The position numbers were made by a program, and so were the translations under genes. A model generated the notes under the pieces. The model had not been told where the DNA came from. It ran no database searches and worked only from the letters and a program-made list of their open reading frames with translations. This document shows positions 12,616-26,060 of a stretch of 64,000 nt of DNA, piece after piece. This stretch comes from Heterodontus francisci (lineage: Eukaryota). Within the stretch, counting starts at the first letter, position 1. The number at the start of each line of letters is the position of its first letter. The DNA is taken from assembly GCF_036365525.1 (NCBI RefSeq), contig NC_090371.1, forward strand, positions 258,964,545 to 259,028,544, read 5' to 3'.

Positions 12616-14289
12616 TTGCAGTGGAGGTGGAGGTCATAAAGAAAGAATGACTTGCATTTGTGCAGCATCTTTCATGACCTCAGGACATGCCAAAGTGCCT
12701 TACAGCCAATGAAGTACATTTGAAGTGTAGTCTCTGCTGTAGTACAGATAGAAATGTTAAACATTTCAGAAGTGAGATGCTAAAGCATTGAATACTGTTA
12801 GATTTGATTTTGCAATGGTCTTAGGGACAGTAGGATAATTTTTGTGGAAACTGATATTATCTTCAACAATCTGATGATGAGACATAACAATTCGTAAAAA
12901 CAGATTTAAATCAGTTGTAAAAACAATAAAACACCTAAATATGGAGAGAAGTACTGAACCCAAAATAAATGGAAGCAATTATTTAAATTGAAGAACATGA
13001 GCAAAACTGACTTTTTCAGCTCTATTTATCCATATTAATGAATTCTGTTTGAAAGACATTAACCCTAACTGCAGAGCTACCTCTTATCTTATCAGTCTGC
13101 TCCATATATTTTGTTAAGGTACCAAATTACGTGCTATCAGCGCACTCTTGAAAAATCCATTTAAATGTAGTCTAGCTCAAAATCATAGATAATGTCTCGG
13201 AGGACCACTAGTGACTGTTGCTTCACCCACAGCTTTTAGTTACAGCTGTTATAAATGCTGTTACTATGGGGAGGGAGCTACTTGTCTCGAAATGCTTTTT
13301 GGTCTTATTTATACTCAGACTTTTCTGTTGGCCTTGGAGAGCTAGAGTAATTGGAGGCTGAACAATGAGGTCCTGGTCCCTCAGAAACCACTGCTGCTCT
13401 GGTCAGCAAATGTTGCAAGAAAAGCTGAGGCCAGGATAAGACAAGGGTTGGCAATCTGTGGCTTCAGAGCTGCATGTGGCTCAATAAAGATTCACGCATA
13501 GCTCCTTACCTTGATTGATCGAACCCATTTTGATGGCAATTAAATGGCTTGTTTTTTTTTTAAACTTTCATTAACGTTGTACTTGTGGGAAAGTATCATT
13601 CAATTACAACTTTTTTTGTAAAAACCTTTAAAAAGTTGTTGAAATGTGTCCTGTTTTTCATTATTATTGGCATTTGAGTAACAGCATTGTGGCTCTTATG
13701 ATATTGCGTTTTTGACTAAATTTAAAAAGTGGCTGTACTTGTTATTAAGCTTGCTGACCCCTGGGATAGGGACTAGTGGACTTACTGTATGTAAGGCTGG
13801 TGAGAAAACTACCGCTGTCCGAATTCTGCACTTTCTCCCTGGCTGCAATTGCAACTAGTTTGATGGATTGCTTCTCTGGTGTATTAAGCAATCAATTATA
13901 ACAAGGAAATGTAACAAGTAGATCAATATTTTAAAAATAATTGTTAATGTTCCTCCATATACAGCTGAAGACAGGGGCAATATTTGCATCCAATCTAAAG
14001 TTATTTTTTTTGTGGACCAGGTAAACATTCCTTCACATAGGTTTTATTTTTGTGGCAGCAGCAGATCTGACCAAATTGGACAATTGAATCATCTGGCTAC
14101 GTCCTTTCACCACCAGTAGAGAAGGTGCTGAAATCCTAGAGTTAGAAAACCACAGGTATTGTCCATTTGAAATTACCAGTAAACATAAAAACAGCTTCTT
14201 AATGGATTAACAACGCATTCCCAGTTTCCATTAATTCATCAGTGCTGGCTCGTATCCTGTTTGTAAAATGAATTTGGATTTTTATTTAT

Positions 14290-14680
14290 TGTGTTTGCTT
14301 TTGATAGGTATGTCCCTTAATTTCTTCAGTTATTTGGTGACTATCCATGTCACAGGGTTAGCACTTCATCTATCCTGCCTTAAAAATTGGTAGCACATTT
14401 GCCACGTTCAAGTCATCAGGTTTGGTCCTGGTTATCAATGAGCTCTTGAATATTTCCTCCACTTTCTCCTTTATTTCTATCAGATCCCTATGTGCATCCA
14501 TCAGTTTCCAATGCTTTATCAACTCTAGCGCTTGCTGTTCTGTTTCTGTAATAACTCTTCTATTACTAATATCTATCTTCTCTACACAACTAATGTTTCT
14601 GCTATCTGGTCTGTGGGATCAAGAATAATAGTGCAATTCTCCTTCTTGATGATTACAGAGGAAAACCTGTTTAAAAATTT
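14290..14680 (-). mobile_element. Old CR1 ORF2 fragment
   Basis: The minus strand gives PDDLNVANVLPIFK, matching the CR1 motif P.DW..ANV.PIFKKG. Confidence 0.55.
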
Positions 14681-15566
14681 AGGCATGTGCTGATCGCTAC
14701 TTATTATTTGTTGCAATCCACAATACAATGTTCAATCCTTCAAAGATGTATGATAAAACCCCTCAGCTGTTTTCTCACACAAACAAAGGAAATGTTCCAC
14801 ACTGTCACTGTTGCCTTTGGTCAAACATTTTAATGGATGTTTCCAATCCCAAGCCCATACTCATAAATTTAGGTGGAATAATATTAATACATACATATAG
14901 ACACAGATTCACGACCGCCAATTTTACACCATGACATAAAATCAAAACTCACCCCCTTAAGCAAAGTATTGTAAAACCTGCAGGGGAGATAAAGGAAAAT
15001 AATAATATTTAGTATTGCAAATAGTGGCCTTAACATTTCCATTGTGTTTGTTGCTATTCACCACCGTAATGTTAACGGGAGAGAGGTAAAGCTCCCACAG
15101 ACGGTGTAAATGGCTGAAAATGATTATTTATTCTGTTTTTCCAACGGTTCCACAGATCTTGCACTGAGGGGGACAACCCCCGGGCAAATTTAGGGCCAAT
15201 AAGTTGGGGGCGAAATAACAAGAAGTGACGTGCATCTCAAACACGTTTTACGAAGCGATTGATCAGCAGCATTAAACACGTTGTACCTGCACATTTTAGC
15301 ATCAGTAAGGTATATAAGGGCTAATTTTATAAATTTATAATCCCATCCAGAGCCTCGCCTGCCAGAAGCACATGTTGGGAATATGGGCACATACTCCCCG
15401 TAATTTCTTATACTTTGTGTTTAAGGGATGAGAAGTGTTCACCCAAATTCCCAATCTGCACACAAAAGCTCAGGAGTGCAAACTCAGAAAGTTATCCAAA
15501 TACAAAAGCAAAATACTGCTGATGCTGGAAATCTGAAATAAAAGTAGAAATTGCTGGAAACACAAT

Positions 15567-16415
15567 GGGCTGGATTTTATAGAGGCTTCGATGTTGGGAT
15601 CTGTGGTGGAGTGGGGGAGCCATGAAGATTGCCCCGGATGAGGCCTGCAATGGACCTCGACGCCAGCAGGGCCCGGCCCGATCTCCACGAAGGCAGAGAG
15701 GCCTCGTGGCGGCCCCTCCCCCCCTCACCTCCCGCACACTTGGTGATGGGCTATGCATTTAAATATTTAAATAAATCTACATACCTGATTTAATTGCAAC
15801 CCCACCTCCGCCTCTGGTCCCATTGCGATCTTTGTGCCGCTAGCCTGCACTCCCGTGCCATCCGATCCCCATCCGAGAAATTGAGGCACCACACTGGTTG
15901 TTAGTGGGAAGAAGGTCAGTTTTTCTGTAAGGGGGGGTGGGGGGGGAGCAACGATAACGTCTTCTCATTGGTGGAAGGGATGAAATTTATAGTTGACTTT
16001 GAGGGGGGGGGAAGGTCATTTGAAAAGGGAAGTGTTTTGGGCAGGGGAGGGAAGTACTTAATATTGTGGTTATTGTCAGTTGGGAGGGGGGGGGTGATGT
16101 TGGGAGAGGTGCAAAAATACCAGTTTTAATTTTTTAAATTAATGTTTACTGCTTTCTTTAAAAATCCCAGAAAGGCTCAAAGCCCTTTAAAAATGGAGTC
16201 AGTGCCTGTGCACAGGTATCTGAGGCCATTGTCAGTGAATGACGGGCCCCCCCCTCCATTTGATTGGCGGGGGGAGGGGGCGGCCCTCCCCGGCTATTTA
16301 AATGAGCTGCTATGCTTCGAATCGCGGCGGCTCTTTGGCTTGCAACCCGGGCGTGCGGGCCACCATTTTTGTCGCCCACCGTCGATTTTGGAGTTGGGCC
16401 TATAGAATTAAGCCC
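15567..16415. mobile_element. Harbinger-type MITE
   Basis: TIRs GGGCTGGATTTTATAG / CTATAGAATTAAGCCC; interrupts the Penelope pLTR. Confidence 0.8.
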
Positions 16416-16459
16416 AGCAGGTCTGACAGCATCTCTGGAGAGAGAAAAACAGAGTTAAT

Positions 16460-17280
16460 GGGCTGGATTTTACCAGCCCCACTGACATTGGTGGTCGTGG
16501 CGGGGGTGGGGTGGGGGGCAGGAAAATACCTCCGGGAGATGCTCGCCATGGGCCGCGACACCGGGAATTCCCCGCCCCATATTACTGGCAGCGACGAGGC
16601 CTCGTCATGGCCCCCCTCACTGCTCGGCGACAGAACCTCAATTTAAATAATTAAATAAATGTTAATTCATACATAATCACTTACCTCGTCCCGACAGCCA
16701 TCCCACACCGATATTCTGGCCAGTTGACGGAACTCTGTTCAGAGTTCTGAGGTGGAATACTGGTGGGGAGGGGGTAGGAGTTAAATTTTCAGGGCGGAAG
16801 TAGATGGAGTGGGGAAAACACTTGTTATTGGTTGCTGGGACGGTGGGAAGGGGTTGAGAGTCAAAGTTTATGAAGCTCGTGGGGAAAAGCTCGGCATCGG
16901 AATAAAAGTTTTTTTTGTGGGGGGAGAGGGCAATTGATAGATTGATTACTCATTCTGGGGTGGGAGAGGGGATTCAAAGTGTTATTAAAATTTTATTTTT
17001 ACGTTTTGCAGACCGGGTGCTTTAAAAATTTAAATGGCCCTGAAGGGCTTGAAACCCTTTAGAAATGGCATCAGCGCCTGCGCAGTGGTGCTGGACGCCA
17101 TTGCCAGGGAGGGAGTGCCTGCCCCCTCTACGTCATCGGGGTCGGGCATTCCGCCGCTCCGCATAAATAAGCCTCCGCACAAAATATCACGGTGGCTCAG
17201 CGAGACACATCTCGTGCGTGTGCCATGCCGTTTTTGAAGCTCGCCACTGAGCTCGGCAGCGAGCTATAAAAATTCAACCC
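16460..17280. mobile_element. Harbinger-type MITE
   Basis: TIRs GGGCTGGATTTTA / TAAAAATTCAACCC; flanks AAT/AGT; homologous in inverted orientation to 33614-34386. Confidence 0.85.
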
Positions 17281-20200
17281 AGTGTTTTAGGTCTGTGACC
17301 TTTCATCAGAACTGGGAAACGTTAGAAATGAAACAGGTTTTAAGCAAGTGAAAGGGAGGCGGGTAGGAAGAAGAACAAAAGGGAAGGCCTGTGATAGGGT
17401 GGACGGCAGGAGAGATTAAATGACAAAAGGTTACATGGTACAAAGCCAAAGGGAGTGGTAATGGGACAAGTAAAGAAACTATAGATGTTTCTATATGAGG
17501 CGTGAATGGCTGAATAGCAGCCGTCGAAACACAAAGTAAAGGGATTGAGAAACAAGAGAAAAAAAACAAACCAGCAAAAAAAAACAAAATGGGGGCAGAG
17601 GTTATAATCTAAAATTGTTGAAGTCAATGTTGAGTCTAGAAAGCTGTAAAGTGCCTAGTCGAAGGATGAGGTGCTTTTCCTCGAGCTTGTGTTGAGCTTC
17701 ATTGGAACACTGTAGCAGGCCAAAGACAGAAAGCTCAGAGTGGGAGCAAGGTGACGAATTGTAATGACAAGCGACAGGAAACTCAGGGTCACACTTGCGG
17801 ACTGAACGGAGGCGTTCAGTAAAGCAGTCGCTCAGTCTGCGTTTGGTTTCCCCAGTGTAGAACTGATCACATCATGAGCAGCGATTGCAGTAGACAAAAT
17901 TGAAAAAAGTACAAGTAAATCGCTGTTTCACTTGGAAGGAGTGTTTGGGGCCTTGGATGGTGAGAAGGGAGGAAGTGAAAAGGCAGGTGTTGCATCTTCT
18001 GCTTTTGCATGGACAAGTGCCTTAGGAGAGGGAGCGTGTGTTGGGGGTGATTGAGGAGTGGAGGGAATGGTCCCTTTGGAATTCTGAAAGGGGAGGGGAG
18101 GAGGAGATGTGTTTTGTGGTGGCATCATGCTAGAGGTGGCAGAAAATGATCCGTTGAATACAGGGGCTGGTGGGGTGGAAGGTGTGGACAAGGGGAACCC
18201 TATTGTGGCTCTGGGTGGGAGGGGAAGGGTGAGAGCAGAGGTGCATGAAATAGAATGGACATGGTTGAGGGCCCTGTCAACCACAGTGGGAGGGGGCAGC
18301 GGGGAGGAGTGATTCCACTGTTGAGGAAAAAGAAAGACTTATCGGATGCGCTAGTATGGAAGGGTGCATCATCTGAACAGATGCAACGAAGATAGAGAGA
18401 AACAGGAAGAATGTAATAGAGTCCTTACAGGAAGTGGCAGGTGAGGAAGTGTAGTCAAGGTAGCTGTGGGAGTCCATGGGCTTATGATGAATATTGTTTG
18501 ATAGCCTATCCGCAGAAATGGAGACAGAGAAGTCAAGGAACGGAAGGGAAGAGTCAGAGATGGACAATGTGAAGGTGAGAGAAGGGTGGAAATTGGAACC
18601 AAAGTCAATTAAATTTTCCAGTTCTGGGCAAGAGCAGGAAACGGCACTGATATAGTTATCAATGTACCAGAAAAATAGGTGAGGGAGGCAGCCTGAGTAT
18701 GACTGGAAGAATGTTCCACATCTCCCACAAAAAGGCAGGCATAGCTAGGACCCATGTGGGTACCCTTGGCAACACCTTTTATTTGGAGGAAGTGAGTGGA
18801 GTTGAAGGAGAAGCTGTTCAATGTGACAACAAGTTGAGCCAGGCAGAGGAGGGTGGTGGTGGATGGGGACTTGTTGGGCCTTTGTTCAAGGAAGAAGCGG
18901 AGAGCCCTCAAACCATCCTGGTGGGGGATGAAGGTGTGGAGGGATTGGACGTCTATGGTAAAAAGGAGACGGTTAGGGCCAGCAAACTGGAAATTGTTGA
19001 AGTGGCGGAGGGCAACGGAAGAGTCACAGATGTAGGTAAGAAGAAATTGGACCATGCAACCTTTTGTCATTTAATCTGTCCTGTCCTCCACCCTATGACA
19101 GACCTTCCCTTTTATTTGCTCTTCTTTCCACCTTCGCCCCTTTCACTTGCTCAAAATCTATTACATTTCTAAGTTTTCTCAGTTCTGATGAAAGGTCAGA
19201 GACCTGATTAACTCTGTTTTTCTCCACCACCACCCTCCTCTGCCTGGCTCAACTTGTTCTCACATTGAACAACTTCTCCTTCAACTCCACTCACTTCCTC
19301 CAAATAAAAGGTGTTGCCAAGGGTACCCACATGGGTCCTAGCTATGCCTGCCTTTTTGTGGGAGATGTGGAACATTCTTTCTTCCAGTCATACTCAGGCT
19401 GTTTTTCTCTCTCTCCACAGATACTGCCAGACCTGCTGAGTGTTTCCAGCATTTTCTGTTTTTATTTCACAAAGTTACCCCTTATCTTGAGTCACTCAAG
19501 TGACTATGTATTACTTTGGTGAATATTCTGTATTGCAGTGACTGCCAAATACCTGTCATACTTAGGCTGCAGAGGGTCCACTGTCCACATTCCACAGGGG
19601 TTCTCCTGTAACTACAGAAGGAGACTGACATGAAATGGCTCGAATACTATTTTCATTCACTTACATAGTTTCTCAGGGTTGGGGGGTTGGGGTGGGTGTG
19701 GTGGTTCTGTAAATCTCCTACTGAAGTTACGGTGGGTGATTGGGAGAATCTTGCAGAATCCTAGGGGCCAAAACTGTATTCCACGTTCCAGTAAGCCATG
19801 TGCAATGCCTCAGAAGATATACTATACAATAAGCAGAAAGAAACATTGCTACACACAGTGGTGAAGTTATTGATACTTTTTCAATTGGTGCATCAGTTGA
19901 TTCAACCGTCAAATGTGGAACACATGAAGAGGAGTCGCCATTCAACCCCTTGAGGTCATTCTACCATTCAGTTATATCATGTCCATTTTGTACCTCAACC
20001 ACTCCTCAGAAAGAAAGTCATTTTTGTTATTTCAGGTTCACAGAGCAAGTTCTTATATAGATCGCTGCTGTAAACGATCTAAAAAGGGCAGATTTATGTC
20101 AGCTGTCTGTGAGGAGCAGGTTGTTCCGAGGCTGATACTGTCGTTCTGTGCAATCATTTTCATCTTTTGCTTGAAGGTGATAACATTCATTATATGATAG

Positions 20201-21044
20201 GATTTATCAAAATACTAAATGTGAAATAATGGACATTTTGCCACTGACGGTGAGCGCAGGTGTTTTATCGAAGTGAGAGTTACATTATTGGTGAATGTGT
20301 AAGGCAAGAGTAAATTATGGTGCTCTTTTTACATAAGTTAAGTTGCAATGTTTTGCTCACTATTTTGGTGGAATTATTGACAAGAGTAATTTCACCTCTG
20401 CAGTCATTCAAGCACTGTGTCATACAGAAGGCAAAACCGTAAGCGAAATAACTTGTCCCTATCTGTCTTCCTACCCCTCGTGATCTCTTTCTTACCCCCC
20501 TGGTGGATCCATGTGCCATTTAGTTTGTTCTTCTTGCTGGGTCAGCATCTAATCAAGTGCGCACAAATATGCTTAACCCTTAGAATTTAAAATCGGGGTC
20601 CTTGCTTTTGAGCTCTCTGACTTCCATTTGTTTGATGTGGCTCCATGGAGACTTAAGTGGTCTTCATTGACTGTTCTGTAATTAGCTTAATTGACAGGTC
20701 TTTAATAGCCTTGCAATTCATGTCCGGAGTGAGTGGTGATACTTGAATGCATGCTTTGAGTTAGTTGTCGTGCCATATATCTAATGGCAAAATGCCCTGG
20801 ATGTCACTGTTACAGATGTATTAGTATTAAAAACAACTGTAATAGCCAAGGTTTAAATAATGGACAGCAAATTGGCTGTCTCCCTTACAGATATGCATTC
20901 CTTTGCACATGCTTTCCCTCTTTTGTGCTGTGACTAGGCAATCCAATATATCTAGGCACAGGAACATGAACTTCTGCCCTGATTCAAAAAAAGACTGCAT
21001 GATCTTTGAGTACAGATGTATTCTAGTAACCATTTAAAGAAGCA

Positions 21045-21171
21045 GCACTTTCATACCATTCCTACAATACAATAGTGATTACACTTAAAAAGTACTTTAT
21101 TGGCTGTAAAGTGCTTTGAGACGTCTGGTTGTTATGGAAAGTGCTAGATAAGTGTAAGTCTTTCTTTCTTT
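21045..21171 (+). repeat. DeuSINE/L2-type 3' tail fragment
   Basis: Matches the tail of 50937-51380 (GCTGTAAAGTGCTTTGAGA...). Similar tails at about 12638-12745 (-) and 52115-52186 (+). Confidence 0.7.
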
Positions 21172-22384
21172 ACCATGTCCAAAGTATAAGGCATTAAACT
21201 CTATATTGAAGTATCTGCTGTAATTTGCAATTGTGCATCTCTTATTGACCCAGAAATGTTGTGTTCTGTTTTATTCTTATTTTGTTTGCACATTCATGTG
21301 TTTTTTCATGTCCATTTTGTATAAATGAATTTTGATTTATAACATAATTTTCTTTCAAAAATAGAGGTTTAAAGTTTCAAATTTCTATCCCGCTTTGTAT
21401 TGGAATAAATATATAGAGTATAAATGGCTACTGTTCCAAAGTTACTTTGACAACTTCATAATGGCAGATAGCTATCAATGGTGGAAGATTGCACAATCTA
21501 CAGAAAGAATGGCACCCCTCAGGTTTTGCAGATGCCACATTATTTTTGTAGATTGATATTTTTGAATGTTTCTGTTTAGTAAATGGACTCTATATAGCTG
21601 ATGTGCGAAGTTTAAAGAATATTTGAGTATCAGGCTCACACAATGGTAGCACGACTGAATGTTTACCTTCTACAACTTCCAGATCTTGAGTAGATTAACT
21701 GTGGGGATTGGTCAGTCAATAATGTCCTGAATCATTGTCACCATTATTTATTGCAGGAGGACACATCACTAAAATAAATTCTCGACATCCTGCACAGAAA
21801 CACAGCAATCATTGCGTCTGGTCACTTCCTGAGTATCTTAAGTTTTTTTGTCTATACCAATATACTTGGAAAGAGCTTGAGGACACAGATAGCTACAGGC
21901 AAGTCTCCGATTGTATTTATGTTCAGCTACTATCCAATTCCAGAACTGTCAGCAGAAAGATTTGGTGGTAATGGTGCTTTGGTACTTTTTGTCAGCCATT
22001 TTATCCCTGTGTCGTGTTCTGTATAATATTCTTCCTGCTTGTTGTTGCAGGCAACTCATTGGAATTCATTTTAATCTCATCTTGACACCGCCTACATCTT
22101 CTGCACAGAAGATGAACACACAGAGATGGGAAAGTGAAAATACATCAGAGTCCACAGTCAAAATGAGTCAATGTGTCAGAAATGCACAAAAGCCAAACAA
22201 TATAGAACAGGGCGAATGTTTAGAACTTTATGTTGGATTACTAATGAGCATATCTAAAATGTGCTTTATTTATTCTGCACTTTCATCTCATTTTGGGAGT
22301 GAATTTCCTCAGAGCTTCTCCCGATCCACTATTACTTTTGCAACAGGGTGTCAGAAACCTTGATTCTAATCAGCGGTGTGACTT

Positions 22385-24178
22385 CTTTTATTAATACTCG
22401 ATATGTGGATGTCACTGGCAAGGACATTTATTGCCCATCGCAGATTTCCCTTGGAAAGGTGAGAGTGGGACTTCTTGAACCACTGCAGTCTGTCCAGTGT
22501 AGGTGCTCCCATAGTCTTGTTAGGTAGCAAGTTCCAAGAGTTTTACCCAATGACGATGAAGGAATGGTGGTATACGTCCAAGTCAGGATGATGTGTGATT
22601 TGAAGGCGATGATGCTCCCATACACCTGCTGTCTTTGTCCTTCTGGGTGGTGGTGAGCGTGAGTTTTAGAGGTTCTGCTAAAGAAAGCTTAGCAAGTTAC
22701 TGCAGTGCATCATGTAGATAGTCATGCTGCATCAATGGTGGATGTTTTGCCTAATGTTATTGCAGCTGCATCCATCCAGGCAGGTGAAGAATATTGCATC
22801 ACACTCCTGCCTTTGCTTTGTAGGTGGAGGGGAGGTTTGGATAGTCATGAGGTGGATGAATCATCACAAAATTCCTGACTACTGATCTACTCCAGTCTTT
22901 TTTATTCACTCATGGGATGTGGGCATCACCAGCATTTATTGCCCATTCTTAATTGCCCTTGAGAAGGTGGTGGGGGGTGGGGGGGAGCCACCTTCTTGAA
23001 TAGAACTGAGTGGCATACTAGGCCATTTCAGAGGGCAGTAAAATGTCAATCAAATTGCTCTGTGTATAGGCCACACCAGGCAAGGGTGACAGATTGCCTT
23101 CCCTAAAGGACATTAGTGAACCATTTATGACAATCCAGTAGTTTCACGGTCACCATTACTGATACTATTCTAAATTTGTTTAATTAATTGTATTTAAATT
23201 CCCAAGCTGCCATGGTAGGATTTGAACTCATATTTCTGGATCATTAGGCCAAGTATCCTGAATTACTAGTCTATTAACATAATCACCATGCTACCTTTAG
23301 TAGCTATGATGCTCAATGTGGGTGGTTTAGTTGAATTTTTGGTCAATTGTAACTCCTCGGATGTTGATGATGGAGGAGTCGGCGATGGTGATGCCATTTA
23401 GTATTCAGGGGAGTGATTAGGCTCTCTTTTATTGGAGATGGTCATTATCTGGCACTTGTATGGAGTGCATGTTACTTGTCACTTATTAGTTCAGCCTAGA
23501 TATTATTCAAGCCTCACTGCTGCATGCGCAATTGGATTGCTTTAATATCTGAGGGATTGTGAATAAAGCTAAACACTATACAATCCTCAGTGAATAGCAT
23601 TACTTCTGACCTTATGATGGAGGGAAATGCACTGATAAAATTTGGCCTCTGACCCTGCCTTGAGGAACTTTTGGTGTGATATCCTGGTGTTGAGATGATT
23701 GCTTGTCAACAACCACAACCATCTGCTTTTGTTGCAGGTATAACTATGATCAGTGGAAAGTTTTCCCCTTAATTCCCATGTCAAAAGCAGCCACTCTTAC
23801 CTCACCTCTGGAGTTAACATGTTTGGACTAAGGCTGTAATGAGGCCTTTAGTTGCATGGTTTTGGCAGAACCCAAACTGAGGATTGGTGAGCAGGTTATT
23901 CGCAAGTGCCACTTGATAGCGTTGTGGAGGACTCCTTCTGTTGTTTTGCTGATGATTAGGAGTAGAGTGAATTGAATTAGTTGAAGATCTAGCTTGATGG
24001 AATGAAGGATATGCCAAGCCAAGAGGTTACAGATTATGGTGGAATACAATTCTTCTGCTGCTCATGGCCCACAGCGCCTCATGGATGCCCAGTTTTGAAC
24101 TGCTCCATCTGTTGTTAGTTTATCCCACTTAGCAGGGCAGTAATGCCAAACAAAATGATGAAGGATATCATAAGTGTG
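22385..24178 (-). mobile_element. Degraded CR1-clade LINE (same family as 62119-64000), interrupted by a SINE
   Basis: 3' tail ...GGGCAATAAATG...; minus-strand QFGFCQNH and SMRRCGP segments; the MRRCGP segment matches the copy near 63290. Confidence 0.75.
22897..23295 (-). mobile_element. Bipartite tRNA-headed SINE (LINE 5' UTR joined to LINE 3' tail)
   Basis: About 23004-23295 is the reverse complement of about 62120-62435; 22897-23000 matches the LINE 3' end seen at 22385 and 44557. Confidence 0.8.
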
Positions 24179-24904
24179 AAAATTATAATTTGAAACACAC
24201 ACACATAAACAAACATACAAAATTGGTTTAGTTATTAAAGTTACCATATTTGAGCAGCTCAGTAACATGTTGAAGACTTTGTGGTTGAGCAGCTGTAGCA
24301 TCAGATTGCTCTGCTAAATGGGTTGATGCCTTTGAATCACAGAACACAATTACCAACTGCAGTATCAGATATTTGATCACTGTTGGTACATCAGTCAGTA
24401 AAGGCCTGCCAGACTGCCATCAGACCTTCTGAGGGACATATATTAAGAATAGAAAGCATCAGCATGATGTGTGCTCACAATGCTGCTAAATGGGCTAGCT
24501 GAAAATGAAGTAGGGGTTACTGTCTGGAGAGCTGCTGAGAATCTGCTCTCCAATTCTGAAGGGTCCCTTGACAGCTGCAGATATTGCCATTTCTAAGTCC
24601 TAGGAGATTACAGAAACGTGACTGGCCAGTAATTGGATACACAATTAGTCTTTTTTCAGCTCGAACTGGGAGGAGGATGATTTTCAGAAAATGTCAGACT
24701 GAATCTTGCTTCAATGCTGTATTCTCTGTACAAGCTGCTCATCCCCACGTGTTGGCATCCAGCTGGGAGGGTTGTTGTTGCAGTCATCCATTCCAAGGCT
24801 GTCCTATATTTCAGCTGGCAGGATATTCATTAGCATTATGCAAGTGAATTGCTGACAGAAGCTGAATTGCATCCTCTTTTGGTTTTATACAGTACAGTTA
24901 CAAA

Positions 24905-25255
24905 AGAAAGAAGTAAGATTTTGCATTTACATAATGCCTGAGGACACCGCAAAGCATTTTACAACCAATAGATTACTTTTGAAGTATAGTCAATTTTGTT
25001 ATTTAGGTAAGTGCATCAGCCAATTTGTACACAAGGTTCGACAAATGCAAATGAGCAAAAGAACAGATGATCTGTTTTCAGTGGTGTTGGCTGAAGGTGA
25101 AAAGTTGGCCTGGACATTGTACTTTGAATGGTGCTAAGGTATCTTTTACATCTTGGGCTTAATGTTTCATTCAACAGATGGCACCTTCAACAATGCAGCA
25201 TTTCCTTAGTATAGCTCTGACATTTCAGCCAAGATTATAACCACAAAGTTCTGGG
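24905..25255 (-). mobile_element. Degraded DeuSINE (SacSINE1-like)
   Basis: Reverse-complement similarity to 50937-51380. Confidence 0.7.
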
Positions 25256-25849
25256 CTCCCATCTCACCTGGTGGAAGTGCAGCAAAGTGGCCCTGCTACC
25301 TATTCATTGATTGGAACACCGACCAAGTCCAAATCCAGGGTCGGGGTCATTGACATAGTCAGGATGGTTTCCCACTTACCAAAGTGGTTTCCATCTACAA
25401 CAATATCTCCTCTGTGATGAGGGCTACCAGTAGTTCAGTAATAACTGCCATTTGTATTTTCTGTATCATTATGTTGTAACTTTCAAATCATCCAATTCTA
25501 TCTATATTGCCCGAAGCTGCTATCTTATAACAGTCACAATGATCTTTTGTTGGTTGCTAAGAAGCTAAACCTTGGTTATCATGGCTGATAATGGATTGAG
25601 CGGCCTAGCTTACTGACAGCAATAGCGAAACTATAGCCTAATAGTACCCTTGCATGTAAAAAAAACTTAATTTTACGAGTCTCCTCAAAGGCCCACAAAT
25701 GGGTGCAATTAGCAGAAACTCACCACAATTAATTCTTTCTGGGGATGTGGCCAGATTTGTGGGTGGAGCTGACTTCGGAACAATGTTTTTAAATCAATGC
25801 AAAAGATCATGGTAACTTGATTTGTGCTAGATTTAACTTGAGCTTGAAA

Positions 25850-26060
25850 TTCCTTGATCTTGAGGACTGGTTTGTCAGATTTTGGTCGAATTGTGCATAC
25901 CTAGCAGAAACTGTAACTCCCTTACCTTTTCAATCTATTGACATAGGTTTATTATCCTACTCAGAAACCATTCATGGTTTGAGTTCTCCGGCAACTAATT
26001 CAGATGCTAAAAGGATTCTCAGCTGCTCCCTGGTAATGCTGCATGGAGTTTTTAAAGACA
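25850..26060 (+). pseudogene. Possible relic of a hAT transposase C-terminal dimerisation domain
   Basis: FW...L...LSSPATNSDAKRILS resembles the hATC motif LSIPATSA..ER.FS; only a short motif supports it. Confidence 0.35.

Larger units (their letters stand above)
15498..19470 (-). mobile_element. Penelope-like element (RT and GIY-YIG remnants) with an inverted pseudo-LTR piece, interrupted by two MITEs
   Basis: DVQSLHTFIPH, QIKGVAKGTHMGPSYACLF and YIDN in place of YIDD; inverted pLTR at 19051-19470; 10-bp TSD AAAGTTATCC (15488-15497) / AAAGTTACCC (19471-19480). Confidence 0.9.

Noticed and set aside
21735-22363. 78-aa and 150-aa ORFs in non-repeat DNA
   Set aside because: Non-ATG starts, no recognisable domain and no clear splice signals.
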